From Sulfurovaceae bacterium (lineage in GTDB: Bacteria > Campylobacterota > Campylobacteria > Campylobacterales > Sulfurovaceae), in assembly GCA_037383745.1 (NCBI GenBank), contig JARROQ010000026.1, forward strand, positions 1 to 36,286: a DNA stretch of 36,286 nucleotides, given 5' to 3'. Positions within the stretch are counted from its first letter, which is position 1, and the number at the start of each line of letters is the position of its first letter. A model generated the notes under the pieces. It searched no databases, was not told where the DNA came from, and was given only the letters and a program-made list of their open reading frames with translations. Of this stretch, positions 28,309 to 36,191 are shown one piece after another. The position numbers were made by a program, and so were the translations under genes.

Positions 28309-29161
28309 TCTTATATGTTGTCCCCTTATGAGTATCCATAGTCATCTTGGCATCTAACTGTGAGACGGTCATCTCTACTAGATTGGCTCCAAACCCTTTG
28401 GGTGTATTTGTGATATCAAAACCTTTTCCATCGTCCTTGTAAGAAAAGATCAATTTGTTATTGAGCGTTTCAAGCCCTAGAGCTATAGTCCCGCCTTTGC
28501 CGTTAAATGCATATTTGATAGAGTTAATCATCAATTCATTGATCATAATACCAAATTGAATCATACTTTCAATGGGAAGTTTCAAAGGAATCATCTCAAT
28601 CTCAACTTTTATGTTTTCTGTACCTTTATTAGTCTGCAAAATATAATCTGTCAGTTTCAAAACATAGGCGCTAAAGTCAATATCCGCCAAGTTATCTTGC
28701 ACATATAGCATCTCATGTGCCATTGCTATAGACTCTAGGCGTAACTTGTTTTGATCTATTAGCCTATGCACTTCAGGAGAGTGACTCTCTAATTTTTGAA
28801 GTCCGAGGATTGATGCTACAAGGTTGAGGTTGTTTTTTACGCGATGATGTATCTCTTTGAGTAAAAATGTTTTTTGCCTATTTGCATCTTCGAGCTCTAC
28901 ATAAGTGCGCTCGATGGCTACATGGTAAAAGGTGCCAAATGCGAGGACAAATAAGAGTGCGATGATATAGGCACTCATATTTTGAGCACTATAGAGCAAA
29001 GCATGCGTCTCATGAGTGCTGTATCCGTAGCCAAATATGATAGCCAAAATGAAAAAATAGATCCCCATATGAATCATCATCTTTCGAGTTGAGAGCAAGA
29101 TGAAACCTACCATGGGCAAGAGAAGTGTAAAGATGATACTGATATTAAAATGGTTATGCAC
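28268..29161 (-). CDS. Sensor histidine kinase (HisKA_2-type H-box)
   Basis: Two N-terminal TM segments. H-box EIHHRVKNNLNLVASIL. ATPase region with NELMINSIKYAF and DDGKGF. Confidence 0.8.
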   Translation of the reverse strand: MHNHFNISIIFTLLLPMVGFILLSTRKMMIHMGIYFFILAIIFGYGYSTHETHALLYSAQNMSAYIIALLFVLAFGTFYHVAIERTYVELEDANRQKTFLLKEIHHRVKNNLNLVASILGLQKLESHSPEVHRLIDQNKLRLESIAMAHEMLYVQDNLADIDFSAYVLKLTDYILQTNKGTENIKVEIEMIPLKLPIESMIQFGIMINELMINSIKYAFNGKGGTIALGLETLNNKLIFSYKDDGKGFDITNTPKGFGANLVEMTVSQLDAKMTMDTHKGTTYKIEFTRENNENSHS

Positions 29162-29327
29162 AATGAAGTAATAGCAATATAACTTCCATAGAATCCATAG
29201 AGAAAAATGTCTTTATAGTGTATGTGTTTGATTTTATTAAGCATAAAATATTATAGCATAGTAACGGAACAGATATGCGATATCTGTGTGCTATGCTTTG
29301 ATGCATTGAACTTAAAAAGGATAAAAA

Positions 29328-29969
29328 ATGAAAAAAATTATTCGCATCACAGCTCTACTGGTGAGCATCGGCACATCTATGGTATTTGCTAGAGAAATGG
29401 AGGATAATACTGACAGACTAGGCGGGGACTATAGTGTAATTACCGAGATATCAACTGCTCAAGAGTGCAAGGCAATGTGTGATAGTGAAGAGCCATGTAA
29501 AGCTTGGACATTTGTTAAACCGGGTACGATTCAAGGTCCAGAGGCGCATTGCTATTTAAAAAGTATAATTCCAGAAAGAAGTATAAACACTTCTTGTATA
29601 TCAGGTATATCCGCACTTAGCATAGATGAAGTTCGAGAGATAGTTAGAGAGAATGTACAGATGAAACTATTTAAGTCTTCAGGTAAAGATTTTAGAGCAG
29701 GAGTAACATCGCATTTGATAAGGATAGCAGAAGCGCTTAAAGATAGTGAAGACAGTAAGCTTACAATAATTGTTCATGGTAAAGCAGGCGGTTTAGCAAA
29801 GAGGAGAGTTGATACACTAAAGGATTTTTTTAGAGCATATGATGTACCAGCATCAAAATACGATATCCATAGACAACCAGGTGGAGGATATTTTTATGTT
29901 TCATCTGAGGCCGGCCCACTCAATTATGACACTAAGCAAGTCAGTATCTTTGTTTATCATCTTCGATGA
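29328..29969 (+). CDS. Secreted PAN/Apple-domain protein with OmpA-like C-terminal region
   Basis: Signal peptide. ECKAMCDSEEPCKAWTF...EAHCYLK matches a PAN/apple Cys pattern. C-terminal TIIVHGKAGGLAKRRVDTLKDFF resembles the OmpA_C peptidoglycan-binding motif. Confidence 0.45.
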   Translation: MKKIIRITALLVSIGTSMVFAREMEDNTDRLGGDYSVITEISTAQECKAMCDSEEPCKAWTFVKPGTIQGPEAHCYLKSIIPERSINTSCISGISALSIDEVREIVRENVQMKLFKSSGKDFRAGVTSHLIRIAEALKDSEDSKLTIIVHGKAGGLAKRRVDTLKDFFRAYDVPASKYDIHRQPGGGYFYVSSEAGPLNYDTKQVSIFVYHLR

Positions 29970-30027
29970 GGAATAGAGAGCAATCATAATTGCTCAACCC
30001 TCCTTGATGCTTATGCTATAATATTTT

Positions 30028-30789
30028 ATGTTAAACGAATTAAAATGTCTTCTTATCAAACCGTCTATGTATCATCATAGCTATTCTCGTATAGATTGCG
30101 ATGATACTGTTTCGGATGAATTTAGCATCCTGTGCTGGAATGTACACAAAAACAATGATACTTTCTCATTTAGTAACTATATCACTGAGTTTTCCAATCG
30201 AAAGCCCGTTGATTTTTATATATTTCAAGAGGCTGATTTTAAACACGATACGGAGCTAAATCTTCCGGATTTACCGTTCAGTGCCGCTGCAAATCTAGAA
30301 AAAAGCTCTACATTTTACGGCGTTTTGACGGCAACAAGATGCAAAACAATGTATAGCGAATCTTTCCTTTCGCATGGCAAAGAGTTGATATTTGGTCCTC
30401 GCAAGAGTCTGCTTTTGACAAGACACTCTTTTAAGGACGGCTCCCCTTTGTTGATCTTAAATCTTCATGCTATCAATCTAAGAGAAAATAGACACTACTA
30501 TAAAGAGATAGATAGGATCATTAAGATCATCGATGATTATGATGGGGCGATGATCATCGCAGGGGATTTTAACTCGTGGAATAAAAATAGGATGAAGTTT
30601 CTGCACACAAAGATGAAAGAGCTCCATTTTACGCATGTCCCGTTTTCAAAAAGCGATAAGGTCAAGTCTTTTATGAAAAATCATTTGGATTTTATCTTCT
30701 ATAGAGGAGTTGAACTTCTCGAGTACAGTATAGAGAGAAATCACAAACTCTCTGATCATCATCCTCTATTTGCTAAGTTCAAGCGTTGA
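30028..30789 (+). CDS. Endonuclease/exonuclease/phosphatase (EEP) family protein
   Basis: LCWNVHKNN near the N-terminus. IAGDFNSW and SDHHPL near the C-terminus are EEP catalytic signatures. Confidence 0.7.
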   Translation: MLNELKCLLIKPSMYHHSYSRIDCDDTVSDEFSILCWNVHKNNDTFSFSNYITEFSNRKPVDFYIFQEADFKHDTELNLPDLPFSAAANLEKSSTFYGVLTATRCKTMYSESFLSHGKELIFGPRKSLLLTRHSFKDGSPLLILNLHAINLRENRHYYKEIDRIIKIIDDYDGAMIIAGDFNSWNKNRMKFLHTKMKELHFTHVPFSKSDKVKSFMKNHLDFIFYRGVELLEYSIERNHKLSDHHPLFAKFKR

Positions 30790-30981
30790 ATCGTAGTTAA
30801 TGTCTTTTTAAATTAAATCTTGTAGATGGTAACGGATTATCATAGGTAAAGGGTTAAGTAAAAAATTGGATATAATTATCAGTATTATTGTTGAAAATAT
30901 AGATAATGGGGATAACTAGGACATTTTAGATTTGCGAGATATTCTCGGAAAGCTTTTAAGCGGGAAAGCGGGGGCAAGTGT

Positions 30982-31845
30982 ATGAATCAAACAGAAGTGA
31001 CTTTTTGGGATGTGGAACATGGCAATGCTGCACATATTAAGACACCCAATGGTAGACATATAGTAATTGATCTTGGTATTGGTTCTTATGAGTCCGGGCG
31101 AGAGTTTAGTCCTCTATTGCATCTAAAAAATAACGGCATAGATCAATTGGATTGTGTAGTTATAACACATCCTCATTTGGATCACATTGATGATATATTA
31201 AATTTTGATGTTTTAAGCCCAAAAGTTTTATTGAGATCAACACATTTAAGCAAAGAAGAAATACTTGGTGAAGTTAGGGCCCAAGATAGAGAAAAATTCG
31301 ATAAATATTTTGAAATTGACAGTCGATACAATAGCCCAATAAGTAATACGGTCAACGATCTAAGTTTATCTGAGTATTGGGGTGAATTAAAGATTAAAAC
31401 TTTTGTATCAGATGCCTGTGCTCACTCTAATATCAATAATCATAGCATTATTGTTGTAATTGAATATGTAGGTATAAAGGTTGTATTTACTGGGGATAAT
31501 GAAACTTGCTCATATAATGAACTTTTAGCACTTCCAGAGTTTAAAGATACTGTGAAAAAAGCAGATATTCTGTTGGCAGCTCATCATGGAAGAGAGTCTG
31601 GATATCATAATGACTTTGTTTCTTTAGTAAATCCTAGAGTGACAGTTGTATCAGACGGTAGATTTGGTGATACAAGTGCTACCTCGAGATATTGGTTTAA
31701 AAGTAGAGGTTGGGATGTATATAAAAGCGATGGGAGTAGTAGTAAAAGGTATGTTTTAACTACTCGGCAAGATGGTGAGGTGGTAGCACGTTTTGGTTAT
31801 CAAAATAATACTACCGAAACATTTTTAAATATAAAAATTAACTAG
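30982..31845 (+). CDS. Metallo-beta-lactamase-fold protein, ComEC-type MBL domain (predicted nuclease/hydrolase), MBL-1
   Basis: VITHPHLDHID (HxHxDH). C-terminal LLAAHHGRESGYHNDFVSLVNPRVTVVSDGRFG...GWDVYKSDGSS mirrors the ComEC C-terminal MBL segment (HHGS...v.P..aviS.G...). Confidence 0.65.
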   Translation: MNQTEVTFWDVEHGNAAHIKTPNGRHIVIDLGIGSYESGREFSPLLHLKNNGIDQLDCVVITHPHLDHIDDILNFDVLSPKVLLRSTHLSKEEILGEVRAQDREKFDKYFEIDSRYNSPISNTVNDLSLSEYWGELKIKTFVSDACAHSNINNHSIIVVIEYVGIKVVFTGDNETCSYNELLALPEFKDTVKKADILLAAHHGRESGYHNDFVSLVNPRVTVVSDGRFGDTSATSRYWFKSRGWDVYKSDGSSSKRYVLTTRQDGEVVARFGYQNNTTETFLNIKIN

Positions 31846-31854
31846 GAGGACATC

Positions 31855-32349
31855 ATGAGCGAATTAATAAATAAAATATCGTCATATAATTTTTTTAACT
31901 ATTTGTTGCCAGGGGTTATATATGTAGTATTGATAGAAAATACGACAACATATAAAATATTACAAGAAAATATGATTGTAAATGCGTTTTTAGTGTATTT
32001 TATAGGCTTAGTGATAAGCCGTGTTGGTTCGCTTTTGATAGAACATTTATTGCAAAAGATTGCTCCGCATGAAGAGTATAAAGACTTTATTAGCGCCTGT
32101 CAGCAGGATTCTAAAATAGAAATGCTTTCTGAAGTAAATAATATGTATAGAACTTTTATATCATTATTTATAGTTTTATTTTGTTCTGAAATATATATAG
32201 TAATTACATCTTGTTTTTCTCTAAGTGTAAAAACCAATATCAATATAGTGGCATGCATATTAATACTTTTATTTATTCTTTCATATAGAAAGCAAACCAT
32301 ATACATAACAAAAAGAATTAAGTTGGTAAACAAAAAGGACTCAAAATGA
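31855..32349 (+). CDS. Small 4-TM membrane protein, uncharacterised
   Basis: 164 aa, four hydrophobic helices, extremely AT-rich. Start 10 nt after MBL-1. Its stop overlaps the MBL-2 ATG (ATGA). Confidence 0.5.
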   Translation: MSELINKISSYNFFNYLLPGVIYVVLIENTTTYKILQENMIVNAFLVYFIGLVISRVGSLLIEHLLQKIAPHEEYKDFISACQQDSKIEMLSEVNNMYRTFISLFIVLFCSEIYIVITSCFSLSVKTNINIVACILILLFILSYRKQTIYITKRIKLVNKKDSK

Positions 32350-33497
32350 GTAAAAATGCAAAAATAATATTTTACCCTGTAGATAATGGCAATATGATTC
32401 TTCTTAAATTGGAAGATAAAACAACTATATTAGTAGATATTTATGTTCGAAAAAAAGCATCAGATGAGAATGAAAAAGATTTTTATGATGTCATGTCACA
32501 TCTCAAGGAGAATTTGGAAAAAGATAATCAAGATAGATATTGTATTGATGTATTTCTATTAACTCATTTAGATGAAGATCATATACTAGGTTTGCAAGAT
32601 AATTTTTATTTGGGCGATATAAATCAATATAATGATGAGAATAAAGAAAAAATTATTATTAAAGAGACATGGAGTTCTGAAAGGTTCTGGAAAAGAGAAA
32701 CAGAATCAATAACATTATCAGATGATGCAAAAGCTTACAATAGGGAAATGAGACGAAGAGCCAATCTTCATAAAGATAATGGGGAGCAAATTCAAGAAGA
32801 GGGCAATAGAGCTATTATTATAGGGGATGATGAAGATGACGAAGGATATAACAATATTATTCACAAAGTTGGTCAAAGCACATCAAAAGTCAACAATCAG
32901 ACAAAGAGTAATTTTAGAATAAATATTTTGGGACCATTGGAGCAACAAGAGGGTGAAGAAAAAGAAAGTTTTGATGAAAAGAACAGAGGTAGTGTGATTC
33001 TTCAAATTGAAATAACAGTTGGAAGTTATACAAATAAAATTTTATTGACTGGTGATGCAGAAGTTAATGTATGGGAATACATGAGGAAAAAATACAATAA
33101 TACTCTATTGGAGTATGATATTTTATGTGTGCCTCATCACTGTTCAATGGGAAGTCTTGGAAGAAAAAACGATGAAGATAAATATGATATATCAGATGAT
33201 GCTTTAGATGCTTTATCACAAGCGAAAGATGGTGCCGTCATTATTTCTAGTAGTAAGGAAATTTTAGATGATGACAATAATCCTCCCCATTATGATGCAA
33301 AACAAGAGTACTTGAAAATTGTAAGTAGTGATGATGATTTTATTTGTACAGAAGAATATCCCGATAGCGAAAATGTTGAACCTATTGTAATTGAATTTAC
33401 ATCAGGTGGTCCACAATTAAAATCAGGAACATCTGTAAGTAAAATTGGCACTGCTTCGGGAGCTTCATCCCAAGCTATATATCCACATGGAAGATAA
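32346..33497 (+). CDS. Metallo-beta-lactamase-fold protein, ComEC-type, with acidic insert and Gly/Ser/Ala-rich C-terminal tail, MBL-2
   Basis: FLLTHLDEDHILG, LLTGDAEVN, CVPHHCSMGSLGR...GAVIISSS. Tail ...SGGPQLKSGTSVSKIGTASGASSQAIYPHGR is encoded in the left arm of a 63-bp inverted repeat. Confidence 0.55.
   Translation: MSKNAKIIFYPVDNGNMILLKLEDKTTILVDIYVRKKASDENEKDFYDVMSHLKENLEKDNQDRYCIDVFLLTHLDEDHILGLQDNFYLGDINQYNDENKEKIIIKETWSSERFWKRETESITLSDDAKAYNREMRRRANLHKDNGEQIQEEGNRAIIIGDDEDDEGYNNIIHKVGQSTSKVNNQTKSNFRINILGPLEQQEGEEKESFDEKNRGSVILQIEITVGSYTNKILLTGDAEVNVWEYMRKKYNNTLLEYDILCVPHHCSMGSLGRKNDEDKYDISDDALDALSQAKDGAVIISSSKEILDDDNNPPHYDAKQEYLKIVSSDDDFICTEEYPDSENVEPIVIEFTSGGPQLKSGTSVSKIGTASGASSQAIYPHGR
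33425..33487. repeat. Left arm of a perfect 63-bp inverted repeat (codes the MBL-2 C-terminal tail)
   Basis: The exact reverse complement occurs at 33599-33661. 111-bp spacer between the arms. Confidence 0.9.
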
Positions 33498-33598
33498 AGA
33501 ATACCTTATTTCATTAGCAAGGAAATTTGCCAATGAACATAAAGCTGTAAATAGAATATATGACAACTACACAAATGATAAAGGTTTACTTTGTTTTG

Positions 33599-33661
33599 AT
33601 GTGGATATATAGCTTGGGATGAAGCTCCCGAAGCAGTGCCAATTTTACTTACAGATGTTCC
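33599..33661. repeat. Right arm of the perfect 63-bp inverted repeat (contains the E2-like start codon)
   Basis: Reverse complement of 33425-33487 verified base by base. Identity breaks on both flanks. Confidence 0.9.
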
Positions 33662-34169
33662 AGAAAAAGTTGTTCTTGAATTTCCAAATGAGTTCCCTTT
33701 TAAATCACCCCAAGTATATTTAAGAGATGACTTTAATAGAAACTTTGCGCATATAAACCCTATAGCTGACAAATTTAATCCATGTATTTTTGAGGGTTCT
33801 TTAAATGAACTGATACAACAACCTTTGTGGATGGATGGCATACTAGACCAATTGGTTGATTGGCTTGAAACTTCTGCGTCTGATTCTATGATCAATCCTA
33901 ATCAGGGCTGGGAGCCTATGCGTGTGGATGACAACAATGGAATTATCATATATGACAGAGCGTATATAATTCAAGAGCATCTTACAAATAATAAATTTGC
34001 CTTTAAAATAATGTATAAAAAGAAAACGGATTTCTTCATCAGTAGAATTTTTACAAATGAAGAAGTTGTAATAGATACTTTTGATAGGAGTTATATATTT
34101 TGTTTTTCTTCAGCAAATGTATCAAATGAGTATTTGCCTAATAATGTAAAAAACTTTACAGATTTTTAA
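33636..34169 (+). CDS. Minimal E2-like (UBC-fold) ubiquitin-conjugating-enzyme homolog
   Basis: PFKSPQVYLRDDFNRNFAHINPIADKFNPCIFEG parallels the UBC PF.PP.v.F...HPN...G.IC core with a candidate catalytic Cys. GTG start lies inside the IR right arm. Confidence 0.5.
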   Translation: MPILLTDVPEKVVLEFPNEFPFKSPQVYLRDDFNRNFAHINPIADKFNPCIFEGSLNELIQQPLWMDGILDQLVDWLETSASDSMINPNQGWEPMRVDDNNGIIIYDRAYIIQEHLTNNKFAFKIMYKKKTDFFISRIFTNEEVVIDTFDRSYIFCFSSANVSNEYLPNNVKNFTDF

Positions 34170-34344
34170 CACTAGTTCAGATATTGAAATATTACATTTT
34201 ACTATTGAGTTAAAACGACATAAAAAGAAAGAACATGAAGCTCATCAAGACTCAGAGGTAAAGATCTTATCGGGTTTAAATTTTGCAAATACAGAAATAT
34301 TACAACAATTTTCAGGAGCCAAAAACACTATTAAGGAAACCCAA

Positions 34345-34881
34345 ATGATTACACAAATAGGATGTGGATCATTGGGTTCAAAAATAGCTATGCATTTAGC
34401 TAGAAATGGAAACGATAATTTTATTCTAGTAGATAATAAATATTTTGTACCAAACAACAATGCTAGACATGCTTTATTTTCATCATCATCTATTTTTAGA
34501 AAAGTAGAAATTTTACAAAAAGCAATGTTTGAGCTAGGCTTAAAAAATATTCAAATAGAAAATAAAAGCATTTTTGATGTTACTAATATAGGCACATCAA
34601 GTGAAGATATCATCATGGATTCGACTGCAAGTATGTCAGTTAATAATTTTTTAACAAAACAAGCGTTTAGTGGAAGATTAATTCATACTTCTTTGTACCA
34701 TAATGGAACAATTGCGTTTATAGGGATTGAAGGGAAAGATAGAAAAGTTAAAATAATTGATATGATTGCTTACATGTACCACTTATGTACAGAGGATAAA
34801 AAAATAGCAAAAAGATTGAACATTTTGAGCCATTGGAAACTAGAACCATCAAAGGAGTTCAGGATGAAAACTGGGAAATAA
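34345..34881 (+). CDS. E1-like (ThiF/MoeB-family) adenylyltransferase, minimal 178 aa
   Basis: IGCGSLGSKIAMHLARNG Rossmann GxGxxG, LVDNKYFVPNNNARH (D...N.R), IIMDSTAS (Mg-binding Asp). RBS AAGGA. Confidence 0.6.
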   Translation: MITQIGCGSLGSKIAMHLARNGNDNFILVDNKYFVPNNNARHALFSSSSIFRKVEILQKAMFELGLKNIQIENKSIFDVTNIGTSSEDIIMDSTASMSVNNFLTKQAFSGRLIHTSLYHNGTIAFIGIEGKDRKVKIIDMIAYMYHLCTEDKKIAKRLNILSHWKLEPSKEFRMKTGK

Positions 34882-35264
34882 GAATATTTCAGCATGTATT
34901 AGAATCTATTAAAGAAGAGTCTTTAAAGTGGAATGATTTAGAAACAGGTGGGATTTTAATTGGCCACATTTCCATACCAACTCAAACAATTATCATCACT
35001 GGACAACTAGAAGCACCAGAAGATAGTGAAAGAGGAAAAACAAAATTTTCTTCAGGTATTAAAGGATTAAGTCAAAAAATTCAAGAGATTGAACATTCCT
35101 CAGCTATGATGATTACTCAATTAGGAACTTGGCATAGTCATCCAAATAGCTCACCTAGTCCATCATATATAGATTTAAATAGTAAAAAAGAAATGTATAA
35201 AGACAGAAATGAAATGCCTACAGTTTGTTTAATTTGGTCTCATAGTGGATTTACTGTTTATTAA
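34833..35264 (+). CDS. JAB/MPN (JAMM) metalloprotease-type deubiquitinase-like protein
   Basis: ETGGILIG (Glu) and WHSHPNSSPSPSYID, an exact HxHx7Sx2D JAMM motif. TTG start. 49-nt overlap with the E1 gene in another frame. Confidence 0.75.
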   Translation: METRTIKGVQDENWEIRIFQHVLESIKEESLKWNDLETGGILIGHISIPTQTIIITGQLEAPEDSERGKTKFSSGIKGLSQKIQEIEHSSAMMITQLGTWHSHPNSSPSPSYIDLNSKKEMYKDRNEMPTVCLIWSHSGFTVY

Positions 35265-35399
35265 ATGCATGAAGCAGGTATTGAGTTTCCATCTTTAAAC
35301 CTTTAGCAATAAAAAAAGAAGTAAGTGATAGACCAAATCACCTCTAAGTTTGAAACTCTTTTTGCGTTATAATAATTAAAAGATTTTGGGATACTACGA

Positions 35400-36191
35400 A
35401 TGAATAAACCAAAAAAAGCAAGAGAGTATAATCTACCAACGCAAACAAAAAGAGATACGCTTTTTATCAAGCCTTTAAGGCTCATAAAAGAGTACCTGCC
35501 TTTGATAGTTTTAGTGCCTGTTGTTATAGGCGGCTTATGGCAGATCATCGCACTTGCGAGCATGTCGATAGCCTACATAAGGTTTTTCTCTGTTACGCAA
35601 TTGATCGCAGATGGGCTTTTAGCAATCTTAGTCATTTTGCCTTGGCTTGTTTGCATCTATATATACAATATTTTTAGTGAAATTTTTTATATGACACTTA
35701 AGGAGTTAAGGGAATCATTTCCAAAAAAGAAATATTATTTAACAAAAGGATTTGTGGCACTAAGCTATACATTGATTATAGCCGTTAGTGTTTATTTCTT
35801 ATTGTCCTTTGTTTTTAAAGTCAATAATGAATTTATCAAATACTATGGCACTATCATCTTCACATTTATAATCATTTTTTTGTTAGATATTATTCTATTT
35901 AATGGTGGGTATGTTCAAGCTGTAGATAAGGTATATGAAAATAAATTTTTTAAGGGGATATTGACTGCTATCTTATCGATACTTTTTTTAGTGATTCTTC
36001 CAATGTTCTTTGACTTCAAATTTTACATACCTCGCAATTTGGAAAATCTAGATAATTTAGCGAAGTATGATCCGGATAAAAATGCGAAGTTACGATACTT
36101 TAACGACAAATACATCTTTTTAGAGCATAAAATAGAGGATAATAGCACCACCATTCAAGTCGTGCCGTTTGAGGAGCTGTTCGATAAGTAA
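35400..36191 (+). CDS. Hypothetical polytopic membrane protein
   Basis: 263 aa, several hydrophobic helices, no recognised motif. Confidence 0.4.
   Translation: MNKPKKAREYNLPTQTKRDTLFIKPLRLIKEYLPLIVLVPVVIGGLWQIIALASMSIAYIRFFSVTQLIADGLLAILVILPWLVCIYIYNIFSEIFYMTLKELRESFPKKKYYLTKGFVALSYTLIIAVSVYFLLSFVFKVNNEFIKYYGTIIFTFIIIFLLDIILFNGGYVQAVDKVYENKFFKGILTAILSILFLVILPMFFDFKFYIPRNLENLDNLAKYDPDKNAKLRYFNDKYIFLEHKIEDNSTTIQVVPFEELFDK

Noticed and set aside
30790-30981. Extended -10 promoter call (TGGATATAAT) upstream of MBL-1
   Set aside because: The spacing does not fit TGnTATAAT (two nucleotides between TG and TATAAT), so this is too weak to list as a feature. It is noted only as an AT-rich putative promoter region.
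33425-33661. Diversity-generating retroelement (TR/VR) explanation for the repeat
   Set aside because: The repeats are inverted and perfectly identical rather than direct with adenine-specific mismatches, and no reverse transcriptase gene is nearby.
33506-33895. 129-aa minus-strand ORF sharing the peptide GTSVSKIGTASGASSQAIYPH with MBL-2
   Set aside because: It is created by the 63-bp inverted repeat (the same codons read in the other arm) plus the spacer read in the opposite orientation. It is treated as a by-product or alternative-tail reading frame of the IR, not an independent gene.
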